This document shows positions 38,043 to 49,429 of a stretch of 64,000 nucleotides of DNA, piece after piece. A program made the position numbers and the translations under genes. The number at the start of each line of letters is the position of its first letter. The stretch's first letter is position 1. The notes beneath the pieces were generated by a model. It worked only from the letters and a program-made list of their open reading frames with translations, was not told where the DNA came from and searched no databases. Source of the DNA: Raillietiella orientalis (lineage: Eukaryota); NCBI GenBank assembly GCA_036172245.1, contig JAYWIR010000045.1, forward strand, positions 558,001 to 622,000, written 5' to 3'.

Positions 38043-40499
38043 CAGTTTCTGGGCATCGCCGGAACACGAATGAAAAGTTCGACGCGAGACGATTCCCCCT
38101 CCAATATTACAGGAACTTGAAGGTAAGAGGAAATCAATGGAGGAAGCAGACACGGCATCTTGATGCAAATCATCTACAGGAGAAAGGATGTGCCGAATCG
38201 ACTGGAGAAAGCATGTGTGAAAAAGAAACGCTCCACGATTCCGTTTCCGTCCGGTTAACTGTCTGTGTTTCCGGAAGACCGTGAAAGAATAGAAATAAAA
38301 GCGAATGGAAGGAAAAAAGGATGGGAAGATCAGCGTGATGGAAAGAGAGGGGATGCTTCGGATCCTGGATGCAGGAGCAAGCCAGAAGTCGCGCACGATT
38401 GCACGTTTTCCTCGGGTGTCCGCTTTCCTCGGACCGCAAGCGAGAAACGGTGCGAGGCAGACGAAATCAAACATCCCGGTTGTGGGCAAGCGGAGAGATT
38501 ATCCCCATTTGAAACAGAAGCATCTGTTCCAGATGGAAGGAAAATCTTCATTAATTGGGGGATGTCTAATTAATGCAAGTATCCTTGAGCCGGATGTAAT
38601 TTGCCCCGATGCAGGTTTAGAAATCAATTTCTCATGAACGGGATCTGCCGTTGAGCGCTTTTAATTAGGGCGCGTTGCCAGCTTGGAAGCGGGAATGTCA
38701 CTCCTAGCGCGAGGAAGGAAACACGGAACCGGTGCTTCTCCCTGAGCAAGGACGAGGGACACTTGTCTACGCTCTTCCTTCTCACTGCGCTCGATCCCTC
38801 GCGGAGGTGGCGTGTGGACCGGACCCGAACTCTCCAGTCAGGCAGCAGAGACGCTAGGTGAAATTCGGTGAAGCATCCTCTAAACGCGGAGCTCTCCTTC
38901 CGACCCACTGATCGCAGACCGCCATCGTCTCCAGAGAGACGGGGCCAACTGGAGCGTTCCCTCGGAATCTCCATAAGCTGCACTCACGCTCTGAAACCTA
39001 CGGATGCTGCTTTCGAGCGGCAGCTGCGGGCTTGGATCGATGAGAAGCCACGCACTGGTAGCTCGGCCACTCTGATTTGAAAATTCTGCGGAATTGATTT
39101 TGTCCCTCTAACAAGGAAGACCGAAACGGAATTGTCTTCGGGACCCAGAATGGCTCCCAAAGACGTAACACCTGTTCACACCGGGAACCTTATTCAGGGA
39201 GGAAAATGAGCAAGAACGTCCAAGGAAAAACAAAGAGAAGTTCTAAGTCCATCGACGCGCAGTCGGTTACCGGGACAGTCGGGAGCGGGAGGCATGGGGA
39301 CTATAAATAAACAAGTATAAGGGAGATTTTAAGGACAGGGGTCACAGGTTTCGACCGTTCTTTCTTTTTGGAACCGGCGCTAGAAGACGTCGATCTCCTC
39401 CTTGACTTCCTCTTCCTGCAATAAGAGAACACCGTCCGTGACCTGCTGCGGCGATTCTCCGCGTGCGATGGACTCGGCTGACTCAGCGATCGCGACGGCG
39501 TGTTGTGTTGGTATCGTCACGGCCCGTCGTGTCTTACAGACGCGGGCGCAGCGAAGGGAGGTCACTCTCGTGGCGGCTACCTACATGAGTACGGCTGCGA
39601 GGTCAGGAGACTGGAAAGTTGGGTGAGCTGGTGGACACCGTCACTTCTCTTCCCCTTGCGAAGGGCTGCTTTGGTGGTGGAGAACTTGTGGTCCTTTTTT
39701 TTGTGTCTGGACACCCTGGTGTTCCTTTTGCGTGGGAAACAGCATGTCCTGCTGTTTCTTTACTGGGATTTTCGGTACATCCAGCGTAGGCACCTCATCT
39801 CCGGGAGAATCGCATCCCCGATCTGTTCAAGGTTGGGGATGCTGAGAGCCTGTGGAGTCCAGGAACTGTGGCGAAGGCTGTCTAAAGTGTCCCGCTGCCC
39901 GAGAACACCGCTGTGGTCTTTCTGCAGAGAGTCTTTGCGTAAAGCGGGCTTTCGTCAGTTGACGTGATTGCAACGAGATGTTGCATACGCGTCATCGTCA
40001 CAGCCCTGCCACGTGCTTGAGTCTCGGACGCAGTGGAAGGAGGCCACCCGTATGGCCGGCGTCTACATGATGATAGATGGTTGAAGGATGGTCAGAGTTA
40101 CTGAAACGAGATCCTTGGCTTGAGGGTTCTCGACGAGGATCCTATCCGATCCAATTCAGTCCACACAATTCTTTTCTATCTCTGAGACCTCTTCCCTATT
40201 TGAGGGATCCCAGAACACCTGACCACGGTTCTTGCTCGGATTCCCTTCCTTCCTCGTCGCCTTCTCTTTGTTTGGTGACAAGCCGCCCTTCCGGCTGACG
40301 TGCTTCCCCAGACGAAGAGTTGCTGTTTCCACAGGACCAATCCTATACCCGCACAACAATATGAAGCAACAGAAAGAAGAAACAATCAAGAGGAGCAAAT
40401 GGGCAGCATGCTTAGGCATTCATTTTTTGTCCATCTTGTTCGTGGTATCTCACAGATCCGCATGGAGCCACCAGAGTCGTTCGCTATTTATGAGCTCAA

Positions 40500-41200
40500 A
40501 GTTAATCCTGTCCAAAGGTTCCCGTTTTTGTGCTTCTGGAACGTCCACCCATAGGGGAGAGAACCCAAAATAACCTTTGGCCATCGCACATAAAGTCCCG
40601 AAGCTCTTTGTTCATTATTCTTTAGAATAAACTTCTACCGCTAGCAGCTCTTCTGGCTGCCTACAATCTGTCCTCTGTTGACGGATCCTGTGCTGCTGCT
40701 CCCTTCTTACCAGCCAGCAGGAGCTCAAGTTGCCGAAACTGTGACTATCCCTGTTTTCACGTCGCAAGAAGACTTTCCATATTTGGAGGAGAGGCTCGAC
40801 CTTTTGCTGCGGATTTCACCTGCTTTCACAAACAGACATGTCGGAAGCTCTCTTCTTCGTCCTTTGAGAGGGTTTCGTTGGATACAATTGCCGTTTCCAA
40901 AGGCACGATTTCTTTCCCTCGTTGACCCCTTCGAATGACCCTAGAGACAGTGTCGAAGGAAGAGACTACATCTTTGATCAGATCTACCGGTCGAGACCCT
41001 TGAGTTCCGAGGATGGCACTCCCTGGACGAACAAACCGAGGTGTAAGCGACTTCCTCGTCACGCGGAATCAACCAGCACATTTCCTCAAGGTTGCTAGAC
41101 GTGGGGTATCGGTCACGTTACGTTCCCTCTGGAGGAGAGTATCACCCAGGGGCTCATTTTCGGAAGAGATCTACGTTGGTCTGACCAGCTGTGCCCCTCA
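40500..41200 (-). mobile_element. Decayed LINE reverse transcriptase relic
   Basis: VRPT.IS (~YRPISL), G*FRVTRKS (~QxGFR..RS), IKDVVSSFDTVSR (~FxDxxKAFDxVxR) in order, interrupted by stops. Confidence 0.4.
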
Positions 41201-41899
41201 GTACTGTTCTCTGATCTCTTTGACCGAGGGTTGCGTGGACGGAGCATCCATGCTGTGTGTATGCGAGGGGCGGAGATTGGTGAGGGCGTCTCTGGTTCGT
41301 TGTGTCCTGGAGAGTCTCTCTACCTCCTTACGTGCAGGAGCCCAGTTTTCTCGAAAACTCTGCAGCCTCCGCCGATCAAGAAGAAGATGCTGGGACTCTC
41401 CGCTCCATAGAGTGGCTACATCTATGGAGGATTTCTTAAGTGCCATCTCTCGGTTCGAAGAGTACGATCCCTGTTTGCCGTGCGTGGACTCCATGGACGT
41501 CTTTGGATCACTTTTAGTCGCATTTGCTGAGCATTGGAAGGAGGTAAGGAACTTCCGCTGGGGCCATCTCCTTAAGGAGACTTCTGAACTGCCCTCCTGG
41601 AGCCATGCCTTCTTTTTTTCTTCTTTCTCTCATAGGAACAGACCTGCTTTCTAGAACTCTTTTGACCCAGAAGCTGCATTCCGACGCTCCCTGGGCTTCT
41701 TAAATATGCTTCCCGTATTGGGAAAGAGTACAGTGCGACCTGCCTCATTTTGTGGCTGCGGCGAAGAAATCGATGCGGCTATTTGAAACGCACGGAACAG
41801 TGGCAACAGCAAGGAAGATAATGGACACGATGGCCGTGCAGTTTCTGGCTGCAAGACTTTGGGGAATCTTTTGGCAGACGGGGTAGTAGAAGGAACTCG

Positions 41900-42940
41900 G
41901 CGAAGGCTATTGGAAGAAAAGAAAAGACGGGACAAGGCGTGGGTGACCGAAGTTGGATAGATGAAATGCGATGCCGAGTTGTATGCCCTGGAAGCATGCG
42001 AGAAACAAACTAAGGCACACCGGGAATGCTCCGAACGCAGGAAGAAGAGAGGATGCTCGCGGGAAGAGCCACCATGAAAATGGATTGCAAAGGGCCGAAT
42101 GCGATCCGTTTTGGAAATCAAGAATTCCGAAGAGGCACACACTGTCTTTTCGATCCAACTGAGGGTGAGTCCTTGACGAAGAGAGTTTTGTCTCCGGAGC
42201 TCAGATCCGGTTCGTTCCTGGAGTCAAATTCTGCGGTGGCAGTTCGGTCCCCTCCCATCTCGGTTTTTGCTTGCCGCCTCCTTTTCGCCCTACCTTTGTG
42301 CATGTCGGTGGAGTTTCTGCCGGCTGCCACCCTGACTGCCCATCTAAAAAGACTGCTACTGTGGAGAGATCCAATAAATTCCTGCAGGAGGAGATGCAAT
42401 GGACTCCAGCGTGTTGGATCAGTGCGGTCCTCCCCCTGAAGTGGCCGGAGTCGGCGATTCTGCTATTGCATTGGAACCTCCCTTGCAGCTCCCGGTGACA
42501 TCATTAGACCCGGGGCAGGAGGTAAGCCCCAACTGCAGAGGTGTGGCAAAAGAGAGATCGGATCCTTCCTGCATCTGTTCGTGGATTGTGTGACCCTCCG
42601 CCCCTTGTGGGAACGCTTTGTCACGTCCCTATGGATCCCCGAGGGCGACCCCAGAAACCTCCTGGACTGCTACTCTGGGGATATCTAGAAATTCCCTCGA
42701 GCGCCTCTTCCAGCTCAATGCCATCACGTCGGCCGCATCTCTGGAAGCATTTTGCTGCTTACGCGGGATCGTGGCTGCATGGAGCCACGTCAGGGAAAGC
42801 CAGGACGCTAGGAACGCCATCTATTTTGCCGTCCTCTTCGTGAGAATAGCGTCAAGGTGGTCCCACCTGGGAGCCTTAAAACAACAACTTGACGGAATCC
42901 TGCAAAGGATGCAGAGGACGGCATCCAGCACCCGGTGATC
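41900..42940 (+). mobile_element. Decayed LINE RT/C-terminal relic (CR1/Jockey-like)
   Basis: AIYFAVLFVRIASRWSHL..LDGILQRMQRTAS resembles LYxxxxRxxLxYxxxxW..LxRxQxxAxR; upstream RT motifs are eroded. Confidence 0.35.
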
Positions 42941-44059
42941 CCTTCCCGAACCGTATATTTTTTTATTTCATTTTTCTTTTTTGTTGTTTCCTCTTCCCCT
43001 CTGGCGAGGCGAACCTCGCCGGTCTGCGTGCCGGTTCTCATCAGGTTTCTTTTAGCGTATTCATAACGTGGCAGAACCAAGAATCCTTCCACTGACCTGT
43101 ATGTTTATTTTTTTATATAAATAAACGCCCCGGCGCAACCAGGTGTCAAACCACGCACTTGCCCCCGCTCGGGCAGACTCTGCGCTCGGGGGCTCAGCAG
43201 GGAAAACACGAAAGCGCGCTCAGCCTGAGCAGCCGACCATCTCGAGTTGTTGCCGCCTTTCGCCCACGGCCCTGCTCCCGACCCCTTGAGGTTGTCATCC
43301 CAGAGATCCGACTTTTAGAAGAAGAGAAAAATTCTTTCTTGCTGCCATCCGGAGATCCCGGCGACGGTAGTGAAGTGGGGTGGGGTAAGGGAGGAAGAGT
43401 CGCGTGCTGGAATGAGGGGATGAAAGTTCTGGGGAAAGACTTTCCGCTTGTTGCACGCACGTCCTCTCTAAAGGATGGGGAGAGGAGGGACGAAAGCCAC
43501 CAGTTCAGAGACGCTGCAGCTAATAAGGAACGGAGGCGGTCAATCTTGAGGTAGGCGAAGGAAAAGGGGGAAGGGAAGAGGAGGAGGAAGGATGAGGTGG
43601 GAATGGAAAAATGGCGCCCGTTCCTTGAGAGGGCGGAGACCACGCCCCGGTCTGCGATCCTCTGAGCTGCCATGCACCAGGGCATCTCTCTTACGGGGTG
43701 ATCGTGTGACCTTCCTGCGCCGCAGCGAGTAAGCGCGTCTTGTCCGAGGGTGCACCCGTTCTTTCCTCTTTGAGGCGGTGGGGTCAAGTGTGCACTCAGG
43801 AGCAGATGGAACGGCTAGTCTACACCTCTTTCCTCGGCATCTGACAAGAATACAGGACACTTGCTTTGCTGCCGGTTGAAAAGAAGACCAGGGGAAAAAT
43901 TCCATCCTCCTTTCCCCTTCTGGGGTGGAGTGAAACGCTCCGAAGGAAGCGCTCGTTCGCCACTCGTAGGGGGAGTCGCTCGCACCCCTCACCATTCCGA
44001 AGAAGCTCTCCCTGTTATTGGAGGCGCGGTTTCCAGGAAGGCTTCCGCCTGCAATGAAT

Positions 44060-44230
44060 GATGGCAATGATTATGAGGAGGAGACAAAGGAAGGAAAGAG
44101 GAGGAGGATGGAAAGGAGAAAAAGAGGGAGGAAGAAGCAGGAAGGCGAAAAGAGGAGGTAGAAGGAAGAGGAATGAAGGAAGGAGGAGGAGGAGGAAAGG
44201 AGGAGAAAAGAAGGCAATGAATGAGAAGTG
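44060..44230. repeat. Polypurine (GGA/GAA) low-complexity tract
   Basis: Almost pure G/A on the plus strand. Confidence 0.8.
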
Positions 44231-44357
44231 GTTGGGAGAGGCTCACAGCGCTAATTGCATGACGGTCGGAGTCTTCTCAAATTCCAGCTGCTCTCGATTG
44301 CTCCCCAACGTTCTGATTTCGTCTCCAGCTGTTCGCATCCCACGTGCTTACAGATAC

Positions 44358-44534
44358 GTGAAAAGCTACCTGACTGGGTGACTGGAGGATGCCTCGTGGC
44401 ATCTCATCTAGAAGAGAGGTCAGAACGCTGTGGTGAAAGGCAAAGAGTCAGGGACAGGGGTTCTCCATCGGGAGGGAGAGCATCCTGCAGTCAGATCGTT
44501 GGAAACCCTCCGGAGGCAAGGAATCTAAGAAGAA
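44358..44534 (+). repeat. Dispersed repeat (possibly LINE RT-derived); inverted copy at 49201-49381
   Basis: Shared blocks gtga.aag, gtgac...aggatgc, gggacagggg, tcgggagggaga, aaaccc.ccggaggc; both copies translate to NPPEARNLRR. Confidence 0.6.
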
Positions 44535-46599
44535 TTCCCTGGAAATCGTGGGGTAAGGGGCAGTGGAAGGGGGAGGCAAGTCAGAACGTGTCTTCTTCTG
44601 GTTCTTTGCATGAATGAGCGAATGATCACGTAGCGATTTCAAGAAATCAACAGGAGACTCGCCAAAGAAGAGGTTTTTGGAGGAGGGGAGAATTCGAGCC
44701 ACTGATCCTTGCCGAGCGACCTCTATCCAGGAAGAGGAAGGTGGAGATTGGAAGATGACCAGGAGGCAGAACGAGGAGAACTGGAGGAGCGAGCCTTGCG
44801 GAGGAAGGGAGATGATGGTTCAGGAAGTCAGAAGGGAAGGGAAGGTCCTGGAAGGTTTCGACTGCCGTAAGAGGGAGTCGGGATGACCAGGGTGAGAATG
44901 GAGGAGAGTCATGAAGAAAACATGAGTGGTGCTGACCTACATGGTCAGCATCTTCGACTGATCGGAGAAGCGGGAAATGGTCTCGAGAGCGTGACTTTCC
45001 AGTGAGAGACGGGAGAGGAGGAGGGAGGGAAGGGGTGAAAAAGACAGGATGCCCAGAGGAGACGCGGGGAGACTTTCAGCGTGTGAGGCTGCTGCCACAC
45101 GCTACTCCAAGGTCGATCTCACCTTCAGGTGACTGATCCCCGTGCTTCCGTGAAGCGATCGTCGGGGACGGGAAGAAGAGTCAGGAAAAGCAGGGAATGA
45201 ACGGGTAAGGCGGAATGAAGAGGGAGGTTCGGGAATGTGCTGGGTCTCTGGAGCTCGCCGGAAACAAGATAGAGGCAGAGGAAAATCCTTTCAGGAGAAA
45301 CAGGAAGAACCTCAAGGCTACTTCCAGGAAGAGCTCCTTTCCGCTCAAGTCCTCGGAGTGTTTCAGGTGCCGCTGCTAACGGAACAACCAGACCGCCTAG
45401 TGCCTTCCTGTTCGTGGCGCTTGGGACGTCGGTTCTCCCTCTTCACCCCGCGTGCGAGTCTTGGAACGAGAGGCATAGCGAATCGGGCGGATGGGTGGCT
45501 GGAGATGTGCATCCGGCGTGGTGGTTTTCATACAGATACCACTCGTTTCCCAGGTACAGTAGAGGGGGCATTCAGGCCATCCATAGCATGGTGATAAGGC
45601 TGTTTAGGCACGCTCGCGACAGAACCTCACGGCTTCTTCCAGAGCAGCACACGGAACCCGGAGCCACCACGAGGGCAGGAGTATTCAAAGATTGGGGTCA
45701 TCAGGCAAAGATTGAGGCGGGGCTACTGGACTTACCCCGCAAGATCCCGCCGTGATGTTTGCTGGCGAAGACAGGCGGCCTTGAGTGCTCCGACGGCCAT
45801 GAGAGTCCGCGGATTTGGTTCTTTCGTGGGGAAGCGAATTCGATCGGGGCCGCTGAAAGACGACACGGACCTCTGGATATGTATTCGTTCGTGGTCGCCA
45901 TGGGGAAGGAGGCTTTTCGTGTATGCGTGGTTACTCCTCCCTCTCAGGCACAGACTCAGCTGACCCTCCTGGATGCCGCCTCCTCTCCATGGCTAGAGTC
46001 TGCGTTTCCTCTCCTCCTCCTCCTCCACCTCACTGGAAGTGAACATGGGATCTCCACCTTCTGACGTCGGGAAGAGGGGAGGAGGAACCCACAAGGAAGA
46101 CCATTTTCTTGACGCCCGCTTGCTTTGCTCGCCCATGAGCTCTAATAAGAGGTAGTGACCAGGCAGGAGCCGTCCGGGAGGAAACCCCGATCTCGAGGAA
46201 ATCCAGGATGATCGTGTCTGAAGTCCCGATCTGACTCGGACGTGGGAAAAAAAAGTATCGAGGCCATCTCGCTCGTACCCTCTGTCCAGCTGGTGGACTT
46301 CGCTCGCATCTCTCCTGCTTCTGAAGAGCGAGTCGAGCAAACGCCGCGACTGCCGAGGGCAGCGACGTGTTTTTTCTATGGATGAGAGGCCCCGGCATCC
46401 TTCTACGCTTCCGGAGGATGACTGTTCCATCCCTCTCCACAGTCCCAGTTCAGAGTTGTGGATGCTTAGGAATCCAATCAAACACTCAGTGGAGAAAGAT
46501 GGAAGAGGATGGCTATCTTTCTTTTTTCCAACACTCGCGGGACCTTAGGCGGAGAACCGTAGGCGGTTGTGATTCGTGGTTCTCTTTATCGACCTGGTT

Positions 46600-48270
46600 T
46601 CGTCATTATCTGGACCACTGAAGGTAGCTAATCTCATTCTCGTCGGCTGCTCCGCCACATTTTCTTGTGATGTACCTGATGACCTTCGTTTCCTAGCGAT
46701 CGGACACGTATTTCACTCCATTGACAGAAGCGGGAGGGCTGATGCATCTCAACAAACCTTCCAAGGATTGTGAAGGGTGTACCCCTATACGGCTAAGGAC
46801 TCTCCTCGTGACGGACGATGCATCCTGGATGAGGAGTTGTGAGTAGGCGCTTTTTTCCTTCCGTATTCCTCCTCCAGGCACTCGCCTTTCGCTCAAATCC
46901 CGACCACACAACAGGGGAGGTTGGTACCTTGCCTGTAATCCCTCCCAATGTCTTCTCAGAAAAATGCTTATCTATCCAGTTACCTTCTCGCTGACCCATC
47001 TCCTGCCCGCGAGGGCAGCAGTGGTCTCCAAAGTGGAAGAAAAGTGGGTCCTCAAGGGAAAGTGTTTGCAATCCTTCTCTTGGATATGAGGCAGAACAGT
47101 CGAAACTGGAGTCTGGAATAAAAAGGAGTCGGAACATTGAAGGACAGACTGACTGGTGGAAGCATCCTTGTTCCTCCTCTTCTGTCCTTTCCGCATTCAG
47201 GTCTTTGGGCATTATGATGATCATTACTGGAGGTTGGTCCTTTCACCTACTATATATTTGTTGACTCTTCCCCATCGACCACTCCTCTGCCGTTTCGAGC
47301 CCGACCCTTTATTAATGTGATTTAGAGGAAAGGTGCATGGATCCAAGTGCCCGGGGGGAGTTGGCTCCTTCGTGAAGAACGGAGGAGTAGCTGAATTTGT
47401 GGTGAACATGCGCCATCGTGCAGTTATCTCTTGGTGTGTTTCTTCAGCCTCTGATAAGAATGTGAAGTATGCGTGGATAGATTAACGCTTATCTATTTCG
47501 GCAATTTCTTATCTATTCGAATGTGGGATCTTCGTCTTTCTTCCTTTTCTTCAGACAGCTTTCGTCCACTTTCATTGCGCGTGTGCCAACGGATTGGCTG
47601 TGACCTTAGGTCCGGATAGCGGTCCATGGTACCAGCCATTGTAGTGCTCCGTGATGCCACGGACAAAGCCAGAATAATACAGACATTGTTTTCTCAACAG
47701 ATCCTGCCTTTATCTTCCCCATCTGCAGATCTCTAGTCGCTTCTATCCTCCCAAACGACCGCTCCAAAGCTCACGGCGTGCTCAAATTGGCTGCGACAGG
47801 CGCGAAGCTCCAAGAGATACTCGTTAGCACTTCCGTCCAGTTTAATCGTTGCACAGCGAACACAGGGGAGGGGGAGCTGATCTCGAACGTTTTTTTCTGT
47901 ATTGAGATGATGTGCGATCCAACTCCTGCCGTCCACCACTAAGTCGCTTTACTGAGCGGTTCCTGAGAGCCTGAAGAAAGGACCGCGAATCTGTGATTGG
48001 AACATTGTAATGCAAGAAATAACAACAGAACACCACCCCACAACTACTACACGACTCCAGGCCGAAACCTGACGTCGTCCAGTGGCTCAGTGTCCACTAA
48101 ATGGATAATCATAGTACAGCCATTTAAATGCATATGGGGCATACAGGTGCTGCTGCCGCTACCTCCGCAGAGCTCTACCGCCTCACGAGCATGCCGTGTC
48201 GCTTGTCCGACTCGTGCCTGCTTGGACCCTTCGTGACCCTCACCAGCATCCCCCGCGTGCGTCCTCCGTC
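46600..48270 (-). mobile_element. Decayed RNase H-bearing LINE (R1/LOA/I-like) ORF2 relic
   Basis: In order: VKRL/VDGRSWIAHHL (~KYLGVxxDxxLxWxxH), FEHAVSFGAVVW (~YGxxVW), LSVASRSTT..PDL (~GAxRTT..PLDL), INKGSGSK (~YTDGSK), LFIPDSS (~IxSDS), GDHCCPRGQEMG (~GHxGxxGNExAD), WRRNTEGK. Confidence 0.55.
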
Positions 48271-49200
48271 CCATCCACCCTTTGCCTCCGCGCAGCCCAG
48301 CCTCTCCTCCGACTACCCTTTTCGGGTGGCTACCCCGACGCCACCCCTTCCCCTCCTCGCCTCAACGGGATGTGCCGCCGTCGGCAGACGACTGCCCTGT
48401 CAGCGCCGGTGCCGACACCCCCCCGAGACCGAGGCGACGACGACTCCTGCATTAAGGGTGCTGCTGCGATCCCCAGAGGCCCAGCGTAAAAGCACGAGAA
48501 GCAGCGGCAGACGGATGGTACAACAACAAAGCTTACTCTTTGTGGAGGAGCACGGATAGCCATCTGGCGGGGAAGGGACCGGCAATATTCGCGGATGGCG
48601 GCTACAAGATGGAGGAATACGATCTGCCGAAGCCCCGAGACTACACTCAGGCGCTCATGAAGGGGACTGACGGTTACGGGTCCCTGAAGAACAGTACAGT
48701 TCTGGCACATCGTGACGTCGGAACTGATGCTTGTCAGCGAATCGGGCTGCCTCATTGAGATAGAGAAGATCGCTCGATGTGACGACATGTGCGACAGAGA
48801 GTGTCTAAGTAACGAGTTTATCTCCTTAAGCAGAGCTGGGTACGGTATCCTCAAACTGGTCAGTCGCAAACAGACCCAGAGAGCAGGTCAACGCGAGCAG
48901 ATCAAACGGGATCGACGCCGGTTTCGTGTGTGTAGGTGATGGGAACTGATTCGAGTTGAGCCATCTCTTGCCTTCAGCCTTCAGCTGCCTTGCATTTTGG
49001 TGCAAGGAACAGCACCAGGAGGAAAGTGGGAGGAGGAAAGGGAAGGGAAGAAGAGGAATCAAGAAAAGAAAGAAGGGAGGAGGTCACTTTATTTCCGCCG
49101 CGCCCTCACCCCAGGACCGACATCCTTCGGAAGGAATCGGCACAGGATGCTTCCTAGTTCTCCTCTCTCTTCGGCAATCCGTTCTCCCGGCATCTCCGTT

Positions 49201-49381
49201 CTCCTTCTCAGATTTCTCGCCTCCGGCGGGTTTTCTGAGATTCTCTCTCCAGCAGAGCATCTCCCTCCCGACAGCGAGTCCTTCCGTTCTCCCCTGTCCC
49301 CAAGATGTTGAAAGCCACAGCACACTCTCCGAACAAGGCTTCTGCAGCATCCTTTGGTCACTCGATCAGACATCTTCTCAC
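49201..49381 (-). repeat. Dispersed repeat, inverted copy of 44358-44534
   Basis: Same shared blocks as 44358-44534. Confidence 0.6.
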
Positions 49382-49429
49382 CGCTGGCAGACACATGATT
49401 CCCCCTAGTCCAACCAGCAGCGGGGTGAG

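Noticed and set aside
39380..39430. Minus-strand terminal exon candidate (ttattgcag|EEEVKEEIDVF*)
   Set aside because: No upstream exon or minus-strand poly(A) signal found.
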